In this document: in pieces, positions 28,369-42,634 of the stretch
How the letters are laid out: each line of letters starts with the position of its first letter
Numbering within the stretch: the stretch's first letter is position 1
Assembly: GCF_009914755.1 (NCBI RefSeq)
Contig: NC_060948.1
From: the human T2T-CHM13v2.0 reference genome, Homo sapiens
Reading direction: 5' to 3' (one strand)
Length of the DNA: 64,000 bases
Notes under the pieces: model-generated
What the model saw: only the letters and a program-made list of their open reading frames with translations
Database searches by the model: none
Told to the model about the DNA's origin: nothing
Program-made: the position numbers and the translations under genes

Positions 28369-31300
28369 GGACTCCAATGTAATGGATTCCAAAGGAATGG
28401 AATCGTACGGAATGGAATCTAATGGAATGGAATTAAATGGAAATGAATCAAATTGAATAGCACGGAATTGAATTGAATGGAATGGAATGCAATGGAATCT
28501 AATGAAACGGAAAGGAAAGGAATGGAATGGAATGGAATGGGCTGGAATGGAAAGGAATCGAAACGAATGGAATGGAATCGAACTGAAGAGACTGGAATGG
28601 AATGCACTGGAATGGAAGGGAGTGTAATGGAAGGTTCTCGAAAAAAATGGAATGGAATGGAATGGAATTGAATGGAACGGAATAGAGTCGAATGGAATTG
28701 AATGGAATGGAATGGACTAGAGTGAAATGGAATCGAACCACAAGGAATGGACAGGAATAGAATGGTCTCGAATTGAATGGAATCGTATGGAATGGCATCA
28801 AACGGAATGGAATGGACAGCCACTGAATGGAATGCACTCGAATGCAATGGAGTCGAAACTAATGGACTGGAATAGAATGGACTCGACTGGTACGGACTCC
28901 AATGGAATGGAATCGAATGGAAGGGAATCGAACGGAATGGACTCGAAGGGAAAAGACTGCAATGGAAAGGTCTCGAATGGAATGGAAATTAATGGAATGG
29001 AATGGAATCGAATGAAATGGAGTCAAAAGGAATGGAATCGAATGGCAAGAAATCGAATGTAATGGAATCGCAAGGAATTGATGTGAACGGAACGGAATGG
29101 AATGGAATCCAAAGGAATGGAATAGAATGGAATGGAATCGAATGGAAAGGACTCGAATGGAAATCACTCGAATAGAATGCAATTTAATAAAATAGGATCA
29201 AATGTAATGGAATGGAATGGAAAGGAATCGAAACGAAAGGAATGGAGACAGATGGAATGGAATGGAACAGAGAGCAATGGTATAGAATGGAATGGAATCA
29301 TCTGGAATGGAATTGAATGGAATGGAATAATATGAAATGGAATGGAATGGAATGGAATGGAATGCCCTTGAATTAAATGGACTGGAATGGAATGGACTCG
29401 AACAGAGTGGAATGGAAAGTGTTGAGATAGAATGGAATGGACTCCTTTGGAATGGTGTAGTATGCAATGCAATCGACTGGCAGGGAATCAAAAGGAATGT
29501 AATGGAATGGACTGGACTGGAATGCAATGGACTCGAATAGATTGGAAACGGAATGCAAAGGAATGGAATGGAATAGTATGGAATGGAATGGAAAGGAATG
29601 GAGTGGAATAGACTAGAGTGGAATGGAATGGACTGGAAAGCAATGGACTGGAATGGATCTTTCTTGAATGGACTGGAATCAAACGGAATGCAATGCAATG
29701 CAATCAAATGGCATGGAATAAAATAGAATGAAAGAGAATCAAATGGAATTGAATCGAATGGAATCGAATGGATTGGAAAGGAATAGAATGGAATGGAATG
29801 GAATTGACTCAAATGGAATGGGCTAGAATGGAATGGATTCGAATGGAAGGCAAAGGAATGGAATCTATTGGAATGGACTGTAATGGAATGGAATGGAAGG
29901 GATTGGAATGGACTCGAATGGAATGGACTGCAATAGAAAGGATTCGAATGGAATGAAAAAGAATTGAATGGAATAGAACAGTATGGAATCAAATCGAATG
30001 AAATGGAATGGAATAGAAAGGAATGGAATGAAATGGAATGGAAAGGATTCGAATGGAATGCAATCGAATGGAATGGAATCGAACGGAATGGAATAAAATG
30101 GAAGAAAACTGGCAAGAAATGGAATCGAAATGAATGGAGTGTTATGGAACGGACTCAAAAGGAATTGAATGTAATAGAATGGAGTGGAGTGGACTCGAAT
30201 ATAATGGACTGGAATGGAATGAAATCACATGGAATGGGAACGAATGGAATGGAATGGAAAGGAATGGAATCGAATGGAAAGGAACAGAATGGAAGGGAAT
30301 GAAATTGAATCAACAGGAATGGAAGGGAATAGAATAGACGGCAATGGAATGGACTCGAATAGAATGGACACGAATGCTCAAATTGAATGGACTCGAATGG
30401 AATGGAAACGAAAGGAATGTCATCGAATGGAATTGAATCGATTGGAATGAAATCGCATAGAATGGAGTGGAATCAAATGGAATTGAATCGAAAGGAAAGG
30501 AAGCGAATGGACTGAAATGAAATGGAATGGAATTGAATGGAAAGTAATGCAATGGAATAGAATGAAACGAAATTTCACGGAATGGAATCAAACTGAATGG
30601 AATCAAATCAATGGAATCTAATCAAATGGAATGGAAAGAAATTGAATGGAGTAGATTGGATTGGATGGGATTGGAATGAAATGTACTGGAAAGGACTCGA
30701 ATTTCATGAAACGGAATGGAATGAATTGGAACGGAATGGACTCGAATGGAATGGAATGTCATGGAATGGCATCAAATGGAATGGCATCAAATGGAATGGA
30801 ATCGAATGCAATGGAATGGTATGGAATGGAATGGAATGCATTGGAATGGAATGCCCTCTAATGGAATGGATTCGAGTGGAATGGAATCGAATATAATGGA
30901 GTCGAATGAAATGGAATTGAAAGGAATGGGATCGAATACAATGGAATATACTGGAATGTAATGTAATGAACTCGAATGTAATTGACTGGAATGGAATGTA
31001 CATGAATGGAATGTAATCGAATGGAAAGTAATCCAATGGAATAGAATCTAATGCAATAAAATCGACTCAGATAGAGTAGAATGTAATGGAATGGAGTGCA
31101 GTGCAATGCAATGGAATGGAATGGAATGCAATGGAATGGAATGGAATGGAATGGAATGGAATGGAATGGAATGGGATGGAATGGTATGGAATGGATAGTA
31201 ATGGACTGGAGTGAAATGGACTGGAAAGGAATGGACTCAAATTGAAAGGGCTCGAAAGGAATGGATTCAAATGGAATGGTCTGGAATGGAATGAACACGA

Positions 31301-31932
31301 AAGTAATGCAATCCAATAGAATGGAATCGAATGGCATGGAATATAAAGAAATGGAATCGAAGAGAATGGAAACAAATGGAATGGAATTGAATGGAATGGA
31401 ATTGAATGGAATGGGAACGAATGGAGTGAAATTGTATGCAGTAGAAGGGAATAGAATGGAATGCAAGCGAAAGGAAAGGAATGGATTGGAATGGAATGGA
31501 ATTCATTGGAATGGAAGGGAATGTAGTGTAATGGACAGGCCTGGAATAAAGTGGAATGCTACGGTCTCGAATGGAATAAAAATGTATGGAATGGAATACA
31601 ATGAAACGGAATCGAATGTCATAGAATGTAATGGAATGCAAAAAAATGGAATCCAAAATCATTGACTGGAAAGGCTGGGTGTCGAAAGGAATTGACTCCA
31701 ATGGAATGGAATCGAATGGAATGGAAGTGAATAGAATCGAACTAAATCGAATGGAATGGAATTGATAGGAACGGAATGGAAAGGAATGCAATGATTTGGC
31801 ATGGAATGGAATCGAATGACATCGAATGGAATGGAATGGAATGCAATGGAATGGAATGTATTAGAATGTAATGAACTTTAATGGAATGTACTCGAATGGA
31901 TTCGACTGGAATGGAATGTTCTGGAAGTGAAT
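28369..31932 (+). repeat. HOR unit 9 (3564 bp)
   Basis: Canonical length; markers GGATCTTTC, GACGGCAAT, GCCCTCT, GACATCG. Confidence 0.9.
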
Positions 31933-34900
31933 GGACTCCAATGGAATGGATTCCAAAGGAATGGAATCGTACAGAATGGAATCTAATGGAATGGAATTAA
32001 ATGGAAATGAATCAAATTGAATAGCACGGAATTGAATTGAATGGAATGGAATGCAATGGAATCTAATGAAACGGAAAGGAAAGGAATGGAATGGAATGGA
32101 ATGGGCTGGAATGGAAAGGAATCGAAACGAATGGAATGGAATCGAACTGAAGAGACTGGAATGGAATGCACTGGAATGGAAGGGAGTGTAATGGAAGGTT
32201 CTCGAAAAAAATGGAATGGAATGGAATGGAATTGAATGGAACGGAATAGAGTCGAATGGAATTGAATGGAATGGAATGGACTAGAGTGAAATGGAATCGA
32301 ACCACAAGGAATGGACAGGAATAGAATGGTCTCGAATTGAATGGAATCGTATGGAATGGCATCAAACGGAATGGAATGGACAGCCACGGAATGGAATGCA
32401 CTCGAATGCAATGGAGTCGAAACTAATGGACTGGAATAGAATGGACTCGACTGGTACGGAATCGAATGGAAGGGAATGGAACGGAAGGGAATCGAACGGA
32501 ATGGACTCGAAGGGAAAAGACTGCAATGGAAAGGTCTCGAATGGAATGGAAATTAATGGAATGGAATGGAATCGAATGAAATGGAGTCAAAAGGAATGGA
32601 ATCGAATGGCAAGAAATCGAATGTAATGGAATCGCAAGGAATTGATGTGAACGGAACGGAATGGAATGGAATCCAAAGGAATGGAATAGAATGGAATGGA
32701 ATCGAATGGAAAGGACTCGAATGGCAATCACTCGAATAGAATGCAATTTAATAAAATAGGATCAAATGTAATGGAATGGAATGGAAAGGAATCGAAACGA
32801 AAGGAATGGAGACAGATGGAATGGAATGGAACAGAGAGCAATGGTATAGAATGGAATGGAATCATCTGGAATGGAATTGAATGGAATGGAATAATATGAA
32901 ATGGAATGGAATGGAATGGAATGGAATGCCCTTGAATTAAATGGACTGGAATGGAATGGACTCGAACAGAGTGGAATGGAAAGTGTTGAGATAGAATGGA
33001 ATGGACTCCTTTGGAATGGTGTAGTATGCAATGCAATCGACTGGCAGGGAATCAAAAGGAATGTAATGGAATGGACTGGACTGGAATGCAATGGACTCGA
33101 ATAGATTGGAAACGGAATGCAAAGGAATGGAATGGAATAGTATGGAATGGAATGGAAAGGAATGGAGTGGAATAGACTAGAGTGGAATGGAATGGACTGG
33201 AAAGCAATGGACTGGAATGGATCTTTCTTGAAAGGACTGGAATCAAACGGAATGGAATGCAATGCAATCAAATGGCATGGAATAAAATAGAATGAAAGAG
33301 AATCAAATGGAATTGAATCGAATGGAATCGAATGGATTGGAAAGGAATAGAATGGAATGGAATGGAATTGACTCAAATGGAATGGACTAGAATGGAATGG
33401 ATTCGAATGGAAGGCAAAGGAATGGAATCTATTGGAATGGACTGTAATGGAATGGAATGGAAGGGATTGGAATGGACTCGAATGGAATGGACTGCAATAG
33501 AAAGGATTCGAATGGAATGAAAAAGAATTGAATGGAATAGAACAGAATGGAATCAAATCGAATGAAATGGAATGGAATAGAAAGGAATGGAATGAAATGG
33601 AATGGAAAGGATTCGAATGGAATGCAATCGAATGGAATGGAATCGAACGGAATGGAATAAAATGGAAGAAAACTGGCAAGAAATGGAATCGAAATGAATG
33701 GAGTGTTATGGAACGGACTCAAAAGGAATTGAATGTAATAGAATGGAGTGGAGTGGACTCGAATATAATGGACTGGAATGGAATGAAATCACATGGAATG
33801 GGAACGAATGGAATGGAATGGAAAGGAATGGAATCGAATGGAAAGGAATCGAATGGAAGGGAATGAAATTGAATCAACAGGAATGGAAGGGAATAGAATA
33901 GACGGCAATGGAATGGACTCGAATAGAATGGACACGAATGCTCAAATTGAATGGACTCGAATGGAATGGAAACGAAAGGAATGTCATCGAATGGAATTGA
34001 ATCGATTGGAATGAAATCGCATAGAATGGAGTGGAATCAAATGGAATTGAATCGAAAGGAAAGGAAGCGAATGGACTGAAATGAAATGGAATGGAATTGA
34101 ATGGAAAGTAATGCAATGGAATAGAATGAAACGAAATTTCACGGAATGGAATCAAACTGAATGGAATCAAATCAATGGAATCTAATCAAATGGAATGGAA
34201 AGGAATTGAATGGAGTAGATTGGATTGGATGGGATTGGAATGAAATGTACTGGAAAGGACTCGAATTTCATGAAACGGAATGGAATGAATTGGAACGGAA
34301 TGGACTCGAATGGAATGGAATGTCATGGAATGGCATCAAATGGAATGGCATCAAATGGAATGGAATCGAATGCAATGGAATGGTATGGAATGGAATGGAA
34401 TGCATTGGAATGGAATGCCCTCTAATGGAATGGATTCGAGTGGAATGGAATCGAATATAATGGAGTCGAATGAAATGGAATTGAAAGGAATGGGATCGAA
34501 TACAATGGAATATACTGGAATGTAATGTAATGAACTCGAATGTAATTGACTGGAATGGAATGTACATGAATGGAATGTAATCGAATGGAAAGTAATCCAA
34601 TGGAATAGAATCTAATGCAATAAAATCGACTCAGATAGAGTAGAATGTAATGGAATGGAGTGCAGTGCAATGCAATGGAATGGAATGGAATGCAATGGAA
34701 TGGAATGGAATGGAATGGAATGGAATGGAATGGAATGGGATGGAATGGTATGGAATGGATAGTAATGGACTGGAGTGAAATGGACTGGAAAGGAATGGAC
34801 TCAAATTGAAAGGGCTCGAAAGGAATGGATTCAAATGGAATGGTCTGGAATGGAATGAACACGAAAGTAATGCAATCCAATAGAATGGAATCGAATGGCA

Positions 34901-35496
34901 TGGAATATAAAGAAATGGAATCGAAGAGAATGGAAACAAATGGAATGGAATTGAATGGAATGGAATTGAATGGAATGGGAACGAATGGAGTGAAATTGTA
35001 TGCAGTAGAAGGGAATAGAATGGAATGCAAGCGAAAGGAAAGGAATGGATTGGAATGGAATGGAATTCATTGGAATGGAAGGGAATGTAGTGTAATGGAC
35101 AGGCCTGGAATAAAGTGGAATGCTACGGTCTCGAATGGAATAAAAATGTATGGAATGGAATACAATGAAACGGAATCGAATGTCATAGAATGTAATGGAA
35201 TGCAAAAAAATGGAATCCAAAATCATTGACTGGAAAGGCTGGGTGTCGAAAGGAATTGACTCCAATGGAATGGAATCGAATGGAATGGAAGTGAATAGAA
35301 TCGAACTAAATCGAATGGAATGGAATTGATAGGAACGGAATGGAAAGGAATGCAATGATTTGGCATGGAATGGAATCGAATGACATCGAATGGAATGGAA
35401 TGGAATGCAATGGAATGGAATGTATTAGAATGTAATGAACTTTAATGGAATGTACTCGAATGGATTCGACTGGAATGGAATGTTCTGGAAGTGAAT
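31933..35496 (+). repeat. HOR unit 10 (3564 bp)
   Basis: Second half matches unit 9 and first half matches unit 11. Confidence 0.9.
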
Positions 35497-38400
35497 GGAC
35501 TCCAATGGAATGGATTCCAAAGGAATGGAATCGTACAGAATGGAATCTAATGGAATGGAATTAAATGGAAATGAATCAAATTGAATAGCACGGAATTGAA
35601 TTGAATGGAATGGAATGCAATGGAATCTAATGAAACGGAAAGGAAAGGAATGGAATGGAATGGAATGGGCTGGAATGGAAAGGAATCGAAACGAATGGAA
35701 TGGAATCGAACTGAAGAGACTGGAATGGAATGCACTGGAATGGAAGGGAGTGTAATGGAAGGTTCTCGAAAAAAATGGAATGGAATGGAATGGAATTGAA
35801 TGGAACGGAATAGAGTCGAATGGAATTGAATGGAATGGAATGGACTAGAGTGAAATGGAATCGAACCACAAGGAATGGACAGGAATAGAATGGTCTCGAA
35901 TTGAATGGAATCGTATGGAATGGCATCAAACGGAATGGAATGGACAGCCACGGAATGGAATGCACTCGAATGCAATGGAGTCGAAACTAATGGACTGGAA
36001 TAGAATGGACTCGACTGGTACGGAATCGAATGGAAGGGAATGGAACGGAAGGGAATCGAACGGAATGGACTCGAAGGGAAAAGACTGCAATGGAAAGGTC
36101 TCGAATGGAATGGAAATTAATGGAATGGAATGGAATCGAATGAAATGGAGTCAAAAGGAATGGAATCGAATGGCAAGAAATCGAATGTAATGGAATCGCA
36201 AGGAATTGATGTGAACGGAACGGAATGGAATGGAATCCAAAGGAATGGAATAGAATGGAATGGAATCGAATGGAAAGGACTCGAATGGCAATCACTCGAA
36301 TAGAATGCAATTTAATAAAATAGGATCAAATGTAATGGAATGGAATGGAAAGGAATCGAAACGAAAGGAATGGAGACAGATGGAATGGAATGGAACAGAG
36401 AGCAATGGTATAGAATGGAATGGAATCATCTGGAATGGAATTGAATGGAATGGAATAATATGAAATGGAATGGAATGGAATGGAATGGAATGCCCTTGAA
36501 TTAAATGGACTGGAATGGAATGGACTCGAACAGAGTGGAATGGAAAGTGTTGAGATAGAATGGAATGGACTCCTTTGGAATGGTGTAGTATGCAATGCAA
36601 TCGACTGGCAGGGAATCAAAAGGAATGTAATGGAATGGACTGGACTGGAATGCAATGGACTCGAATAGATTGGAAACGGAATGCAAAGGAATGGAATGGA
36701 ATAGTATGGAATGGAATGGAAAGGAATGGAGTGGAATAGACTAGAGTGGAATGGAATGGACTGGAAAGCAATGGACTGGAATGGATCTTTCTTGAAAGGA
36801 CTGGAATCAAACGGAATGGAATGCAATGCAATCAAATGGCATGGAATAAAATAGAATGAAAGAGAATGAAATGGAATTGAATCGAATGGAATCGAATGGA
36901 TTGGAAAGGAATAGAATGGAATGGAATGGAATTGACTCAAATGGAATGGACTAGAATGGAATGGATTCGAATGGAAGGCAAAGGAATGGAATCTATTGGA
37001 ATGGACTGTAATGGAATGGAATGGAAGGGATTGGAATGGACTCGAATGGAATGGACTGCAATAGAAAGGATTCGAATGGAATGAAAAAGAATTGAATGGA
37101 ATAGAACAGAATGGAATCAAATCGAATGAAATGGAATGGAATAGAAAGGAATGGAATGAAATGGAATGGAAAGGATTCGAATGGAATGCAATCGAATGGA
37201 ATGGAATCGAACGGAATGGAATAAAATGGAAGAAAACTGGCAAGAAATGGAATCGAAATGAATGGAGTGTTATGGAACGGACTCAAAAGGAATTGAATGT
37301 AATAGAATGGAGTGGAGTGGACTCGAATATAATGGACTGGAATGGAATGAAATCACATGGAATGGGAACGAATGGAATGGAATGGAAAGGAATGGAATCG
37401 AATGGAAAGGAATCGAATGGAAGGGAATGAAATTGAATCAACAGGAATGGAAGGGAATAGAATAGACGGTAATGGAATGGACTCGAATAGAATGGACACG
37501 AATGCTCAAATTGAATGGACTCAAATGGAATGGAAACGAAAGGAATGTCATCGAATGGAATTGAATCGATTGGAATGAAATCGCATAGAATGGAGTGGAA
37601 TCAAATGGAATTGAATCGAAAGGAAAGGAAGCGAATGGACTGAAATGAAATGGAATGGAATTGAATGGAAAGTAATGCAATGGAATAGAATGGAACGAAA
37701 TTTCACGGAATGGAATCAAACTGAATGGAATCAAATCAATGGAATCTAATCAAATGGAATGGAAAGGAATTGAATGGAGTAGATTGGATTGGATGGGATT
37801 GGAATGAAATGTACTGGAAAGGACTCGAATTTCATGAAACGGAATGGAATGAATTGGAACGGAATGGACTCGAATGGAATGGAATGTCATGGAATGGCAT
37901 CAAATGGAATGGCATCAAATGGAATGGAATCGAATGCAATGGAATGCTATGGAATGGAATGGAATACATTGGAATGGAATGTCCTCTAATGGAATGGATT
38001 CGAGTGGAATGGAATCGAATATAATGGAGTCGAATGAAATGGAATTGAAAAGAATGGGATCGAATACAATGGAATATACTGGAATGTAATGTAATGAACT
38101 CGAATGTAATTGACTGGAATGGAATGTACATGAATGGAATGTAATCGAATGGAAGGTAATCCAATGGAATAGAAACTAATGCAATAAAATCGACTCAAAT
38201 AGAGTAGAATGTAATGGAATGGAGTGCAGTGCAATGGAATGGAATGGAATGGAATGCAATGGAATGGAATGGAATGTTATGGAATGGAATGGAATGGATT
38301 GGAATGGGATGGAATGGTATGGAATGGATAGTAATGGACTGGAGTGAAATGGACTGGAAAGGAATGGACTCAAATTGAAAGGGCTCGAAAGGAATGGAGT

Positions 38401-39065
38401 CAAATGGAATAGTCTGGAATGGAATGAACACGAATGTAATGCAATCCAATAGAATGTAATCGAATGGCATGGAATATAAAGAAATGGAATCGAAGAGAAT
38501 GGAAACAAATGGAATGGAATTGAATGGAATGGAATTGAATGGAATGGGAACGAATGGAGTGAAATTGTATGCAGTAGAAGAGAATAGAATGGAATGCAAG
38601 CGAAAGGAAAGGAATGGATTGGAATGGAATGGAATTCATTGGAATGGAAGGGAATGTAGTGTAATGGACAGGCCTGGAATAAAGTGGAATGCTACGGTCT
38701 CGAATGGAATAAAAATGTATGGAATGGAATGCAATGAAACGGAATCGAATGTCATAGAATGTAATGGAATGCAACAAAATGGAATCCAAAATCATTGACT
38801 GGAAAGGCTGGGTGTCGAAAGGAATTGACTCCAATGGAATGGAATCGAATGGAATGGAAGTGAATAGAATCGAACTAAATCGAATGGAATGGAATTGATA
38901 GGAACGGAATGGAGAGGAATGCAATGATTTGGCATGGAATGCAATCGAATGGCATCGAATGGAATGGAATGGAATGCAATGGAATGGAATGTATTAGAAT
39001 GTAATGAACTTTAATGGAATGTACTCGAATGGATTCGACTGGAATGGAATGTTCTGGAAGTGAAT
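35497..39065 (+). repeat. HOR unit 11 (3569 bp), type X
   Basis: Markers GGATCTTTCTTGAAAGG, GGAATACATT, GGAAGGTAAT, and GTTAT in the variable tract. Confidence 0.9.
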
Positions 39066-42000
39066 GGACTCCAATGGAATGGATTCAAAAGGAATGGAAT
39101 CGTACGGAATGGAATCTAATGGAATGGAATTAAATGGAAATGAATCAAATGGAATAGCACGGAATTGAATTGAATGGAATGGAATGCAATGGAATCTAAT
39201 GAAACGGAAAGGAAAGGAATGGAATGGAATGGAATGGGCTGGAATGGAAAGGAATCGAAACGAATGGAATGGAATCGAACTGAAGAGACTGGAATGGAAT
39301 GCACTGGAATGGAAGGGAGTGTAATGGAAGGTTCTCGAAAAAAATGGAATGGAATGGAATGGAATTGAATGGAACGGAATAGAGTCGAATGGAATTGAAT
39401 GGAATGGAATGGACTAGAGTGAAATGGAATCGAACCACAAGGAATGGACAGGAATAGAATGGTCTCGAATTGAATGGAATCGTATGGAATGGCATCAAAC
39501 GGAATGGAATGGACAGCCACGGAATGGAATGCACTCGAATGCAATGGAGTCGAAACTAATGGACTGGAATAGAATGGACTCGACTGGTACGGACTCCAAT
39601 GGAATGGAATCGAATGGAAGGGAATCGAACGGAATGGACTCGAAGGGAAAAGACTGCAATGGAAAGGTCTCGAATGGAATGGAAATTAATGGAATGGAAT
39701 GGAATCGAATGAAATGGAGTCAAAAGGAATGGAATCGAATGGCAAGAAATCGAATGTAATGGAATCGCAAGGAATTGATGTGAACGGAACGGAATGGAAT
39801 GGAATCCAAAGGAATGGAATAGAATGGAATGGAATCGAATGGAAAGGACTCGAATGGAAATCACTCGAATAGAATGCAATTTAATAAAATAGGATGAAAT
39901 GTAATGGAATGGAATGGAAAGGAATCGAAACGAAAGGAATGGAGACAGATGGAATGGAATGGAACAGAGAGCAATGGTATAGAATGGAATGGAATCATCT
40001 GGAATGGAATTGAATGGAATGGAATAATATGAAATGGAATGGAATGGAATGGAATGGAATGCCCTTGAATTAAATGGACTGGAATGGAATGGACTCGAAC
40101 AGAGTGGAATGGAAAGTGTTGAGATAGAATGGAATGGACTCCTTTGTAATGGTCTAGTATGCAATGCAATCGACTGGCAGGGAATCCAAAGGAATGTAAT
40201 GGAATGGATTGGACTGGAATGCAACGGACTCGAATAGATTGGAAACGGATTGCAAAGGAATGGAATGGAATAGTATGGAATGGAATGGAAAGGAATGGAG
40301 TGGAATAGACTAGTGTGGAATGGAATGGACTGGAAAGCAATAGACTGGAATGGAACTTTCTTGAATGGACTGGAATCAAACGGAATGGAATGCAATGCAA
40401 TCTAATGGCATGGAATAAAATAGAATGAAAGAGAATCAAATGGAATTGAATCGAATGGAATCGAATGGATTGGAAAGGAATAGAATGGAATGGAATGGAA
40501 TTGACTCAAATGGAATGGACTAGAATGGAATGGATTCGAATGGAAGGCAAAGGAATGGAATCTATTGGAATGGACTGTAATGGAATGGAATGGAAGGGAT
40601 TGGAATGGACTCGAATGGAATGGACTGCAATAGAAAGGATTCGAATGGAATGAAAAAGAATTGAATGGAATAGAACAGAATGGAATCAAATCGAATGAAA
40701 TGGAGTGGAATAGAAAGGAATGGAATGAAATGGAATGGAAAGGATTCGAATGGAATGCAATCGAATGGAATGGAATCGAACGGAATGGAATAAAATGGAA
40801 GAAAACTGGCAAGAAATGGAATCGAAATGAATGGAGTGTTATGGAACGGACTCAAAAGGAATTGAATGTAATAGAATGGAGTGGAGTGGACTCGAATATA
40901 ATGGACTGGAATGGAATGAAATCACATGGAATGGGAACGAATGGAATGGAATGGAAAGGAATGGAATCGAATGGAAAGGAATGGAATGGAAGGGAATGAA
41001 ATTGAATCAACAGGAATGGAAGGGAATAGAATAGACGGTAATGGAATGGACTCGAATAGAATGGACACGAATGCTCAAATTGAATGGACTCGAATGGAAT
41101 GGAAACGAAAGGAATGTCATCGAATGGAATTGAATCGATTGGAATGAAATCGCATAGAATGGAGTGGAATCAAATGGAATTGAATCGAAAGGAAAGGAAG
41201 CGAATGGACTGAAATGAAATGGAATGGAATTGAATGGAAAGTAATGCAATGGAATAGAATGGAACGAAATTTCACGGAATGGAATCAAACTGAATGGAAT
41301 CAAATCAATGGAATCTAATCAAATGGAATGGAAAGGAATTGAATGGAGTAGATTGGATTGGATGGGATTGGAACGAAATGTACTGGAAAGGACTCGAATT
41401 TCATGAAACGGAATGGAATGAATTGGAACGGAATGGACTCGAATGGAATGGAATGTCATGGAATGGCATCAAATGGAATGGCATCAAATGGAATGGAATC
41501 GAATGCAATGGAATGCTATGGAATGCAATGGAATGCATTGGAATGGTATGTCCTCTAATGGAATGGATTCGAGTGGAATGGAATCGAATATAATGGAGTC
41601 GAATGAAATGGAATTGAAAAGAATGGGATCGAATACAATGGAATATACTGGAATGTAATGTAATGAACTCGAATGTAATTGACTGGAATGGAATGTACAT
41701 GAATGGAATGTAATCGAATGGAAAGTAATCCAATGGAATAGAAACTAATGCAATAAAATCGACTCAAATAGTGTAGAATGTAATGGAATGGAGTGCAGTG
41801 CAATGGAATGGAATGGAATGGAATGCAATGGAATGGAATGGAATGTTATGGAATGGAATGGAATGGATTGGAATGGGATGGAATGGTATGGAATGGATAG
41901 TAATGGACTGGAGTGAAATGGACTGGAAAGGAATGGACTCAAATTGAAAGGGCTCGAAAGGAATGGAGTCAAATGGAATAGTCTGGAATGGAATGAACAC

Positions 42001-42634
42001 GAATGTAATGCAATCCAATAGAATGTAATCGAATGGCATGGAATATAAAGAAATGGAATCGAAGAGAATGGAAACAAATGGAATGGAATTGAATGGAATG
42101 GAATTGAATGGAATGGGAACGAATGGAGTGAAATTGTATGCAGTAGAAGAGAATAGAATGGAATGCAAGCGAAAGGAAAGGAATGGATTGGAATGGAATG
42201 GAATTCATTGGAATGGAAGGGAATGTAGTGTAATGGACAGGCCTGGAATAAAGTGGAATGCTACGGTCTCGAATGGAATAAAAATGTATGGAATGGAATG
42301 CAATGAAAGGGAATCGAATGTCATAGAATGTAATGGAATGCAAAAAAATGGAATCCAAAATCATTGACTGGAAAGGCTGGGTGTCGAAAGGAATTGACTC
42401 CAATGGAATGGAATCGAATGGAATGGAAGTGAATAGAATCGAACTAAATCGAATGGAATGGAATTGATAGGAACGGAATGGAGAGGAATGCAATGATTTG
42501 GCATGGAATGCAATCGAATGGCATCGAATGGAATGGAATGGAATGCAATGGAATGGAATGTATTAGAATGTAATGAACTTTAATGGAATGTACTCGAATG
42601 GATTCGACTGGAATGGAATGTTCTGGAAGTGAAT
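39066..42634 (+). repeat. HOR unit 12 (3569 bp), type Y
   Basis: Markers AGGATGAAAT, CCTTTGTAATGGTCTA, GCAACGG, TAGTGTGG, GGTATGTCC. Confidence 0.9.
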
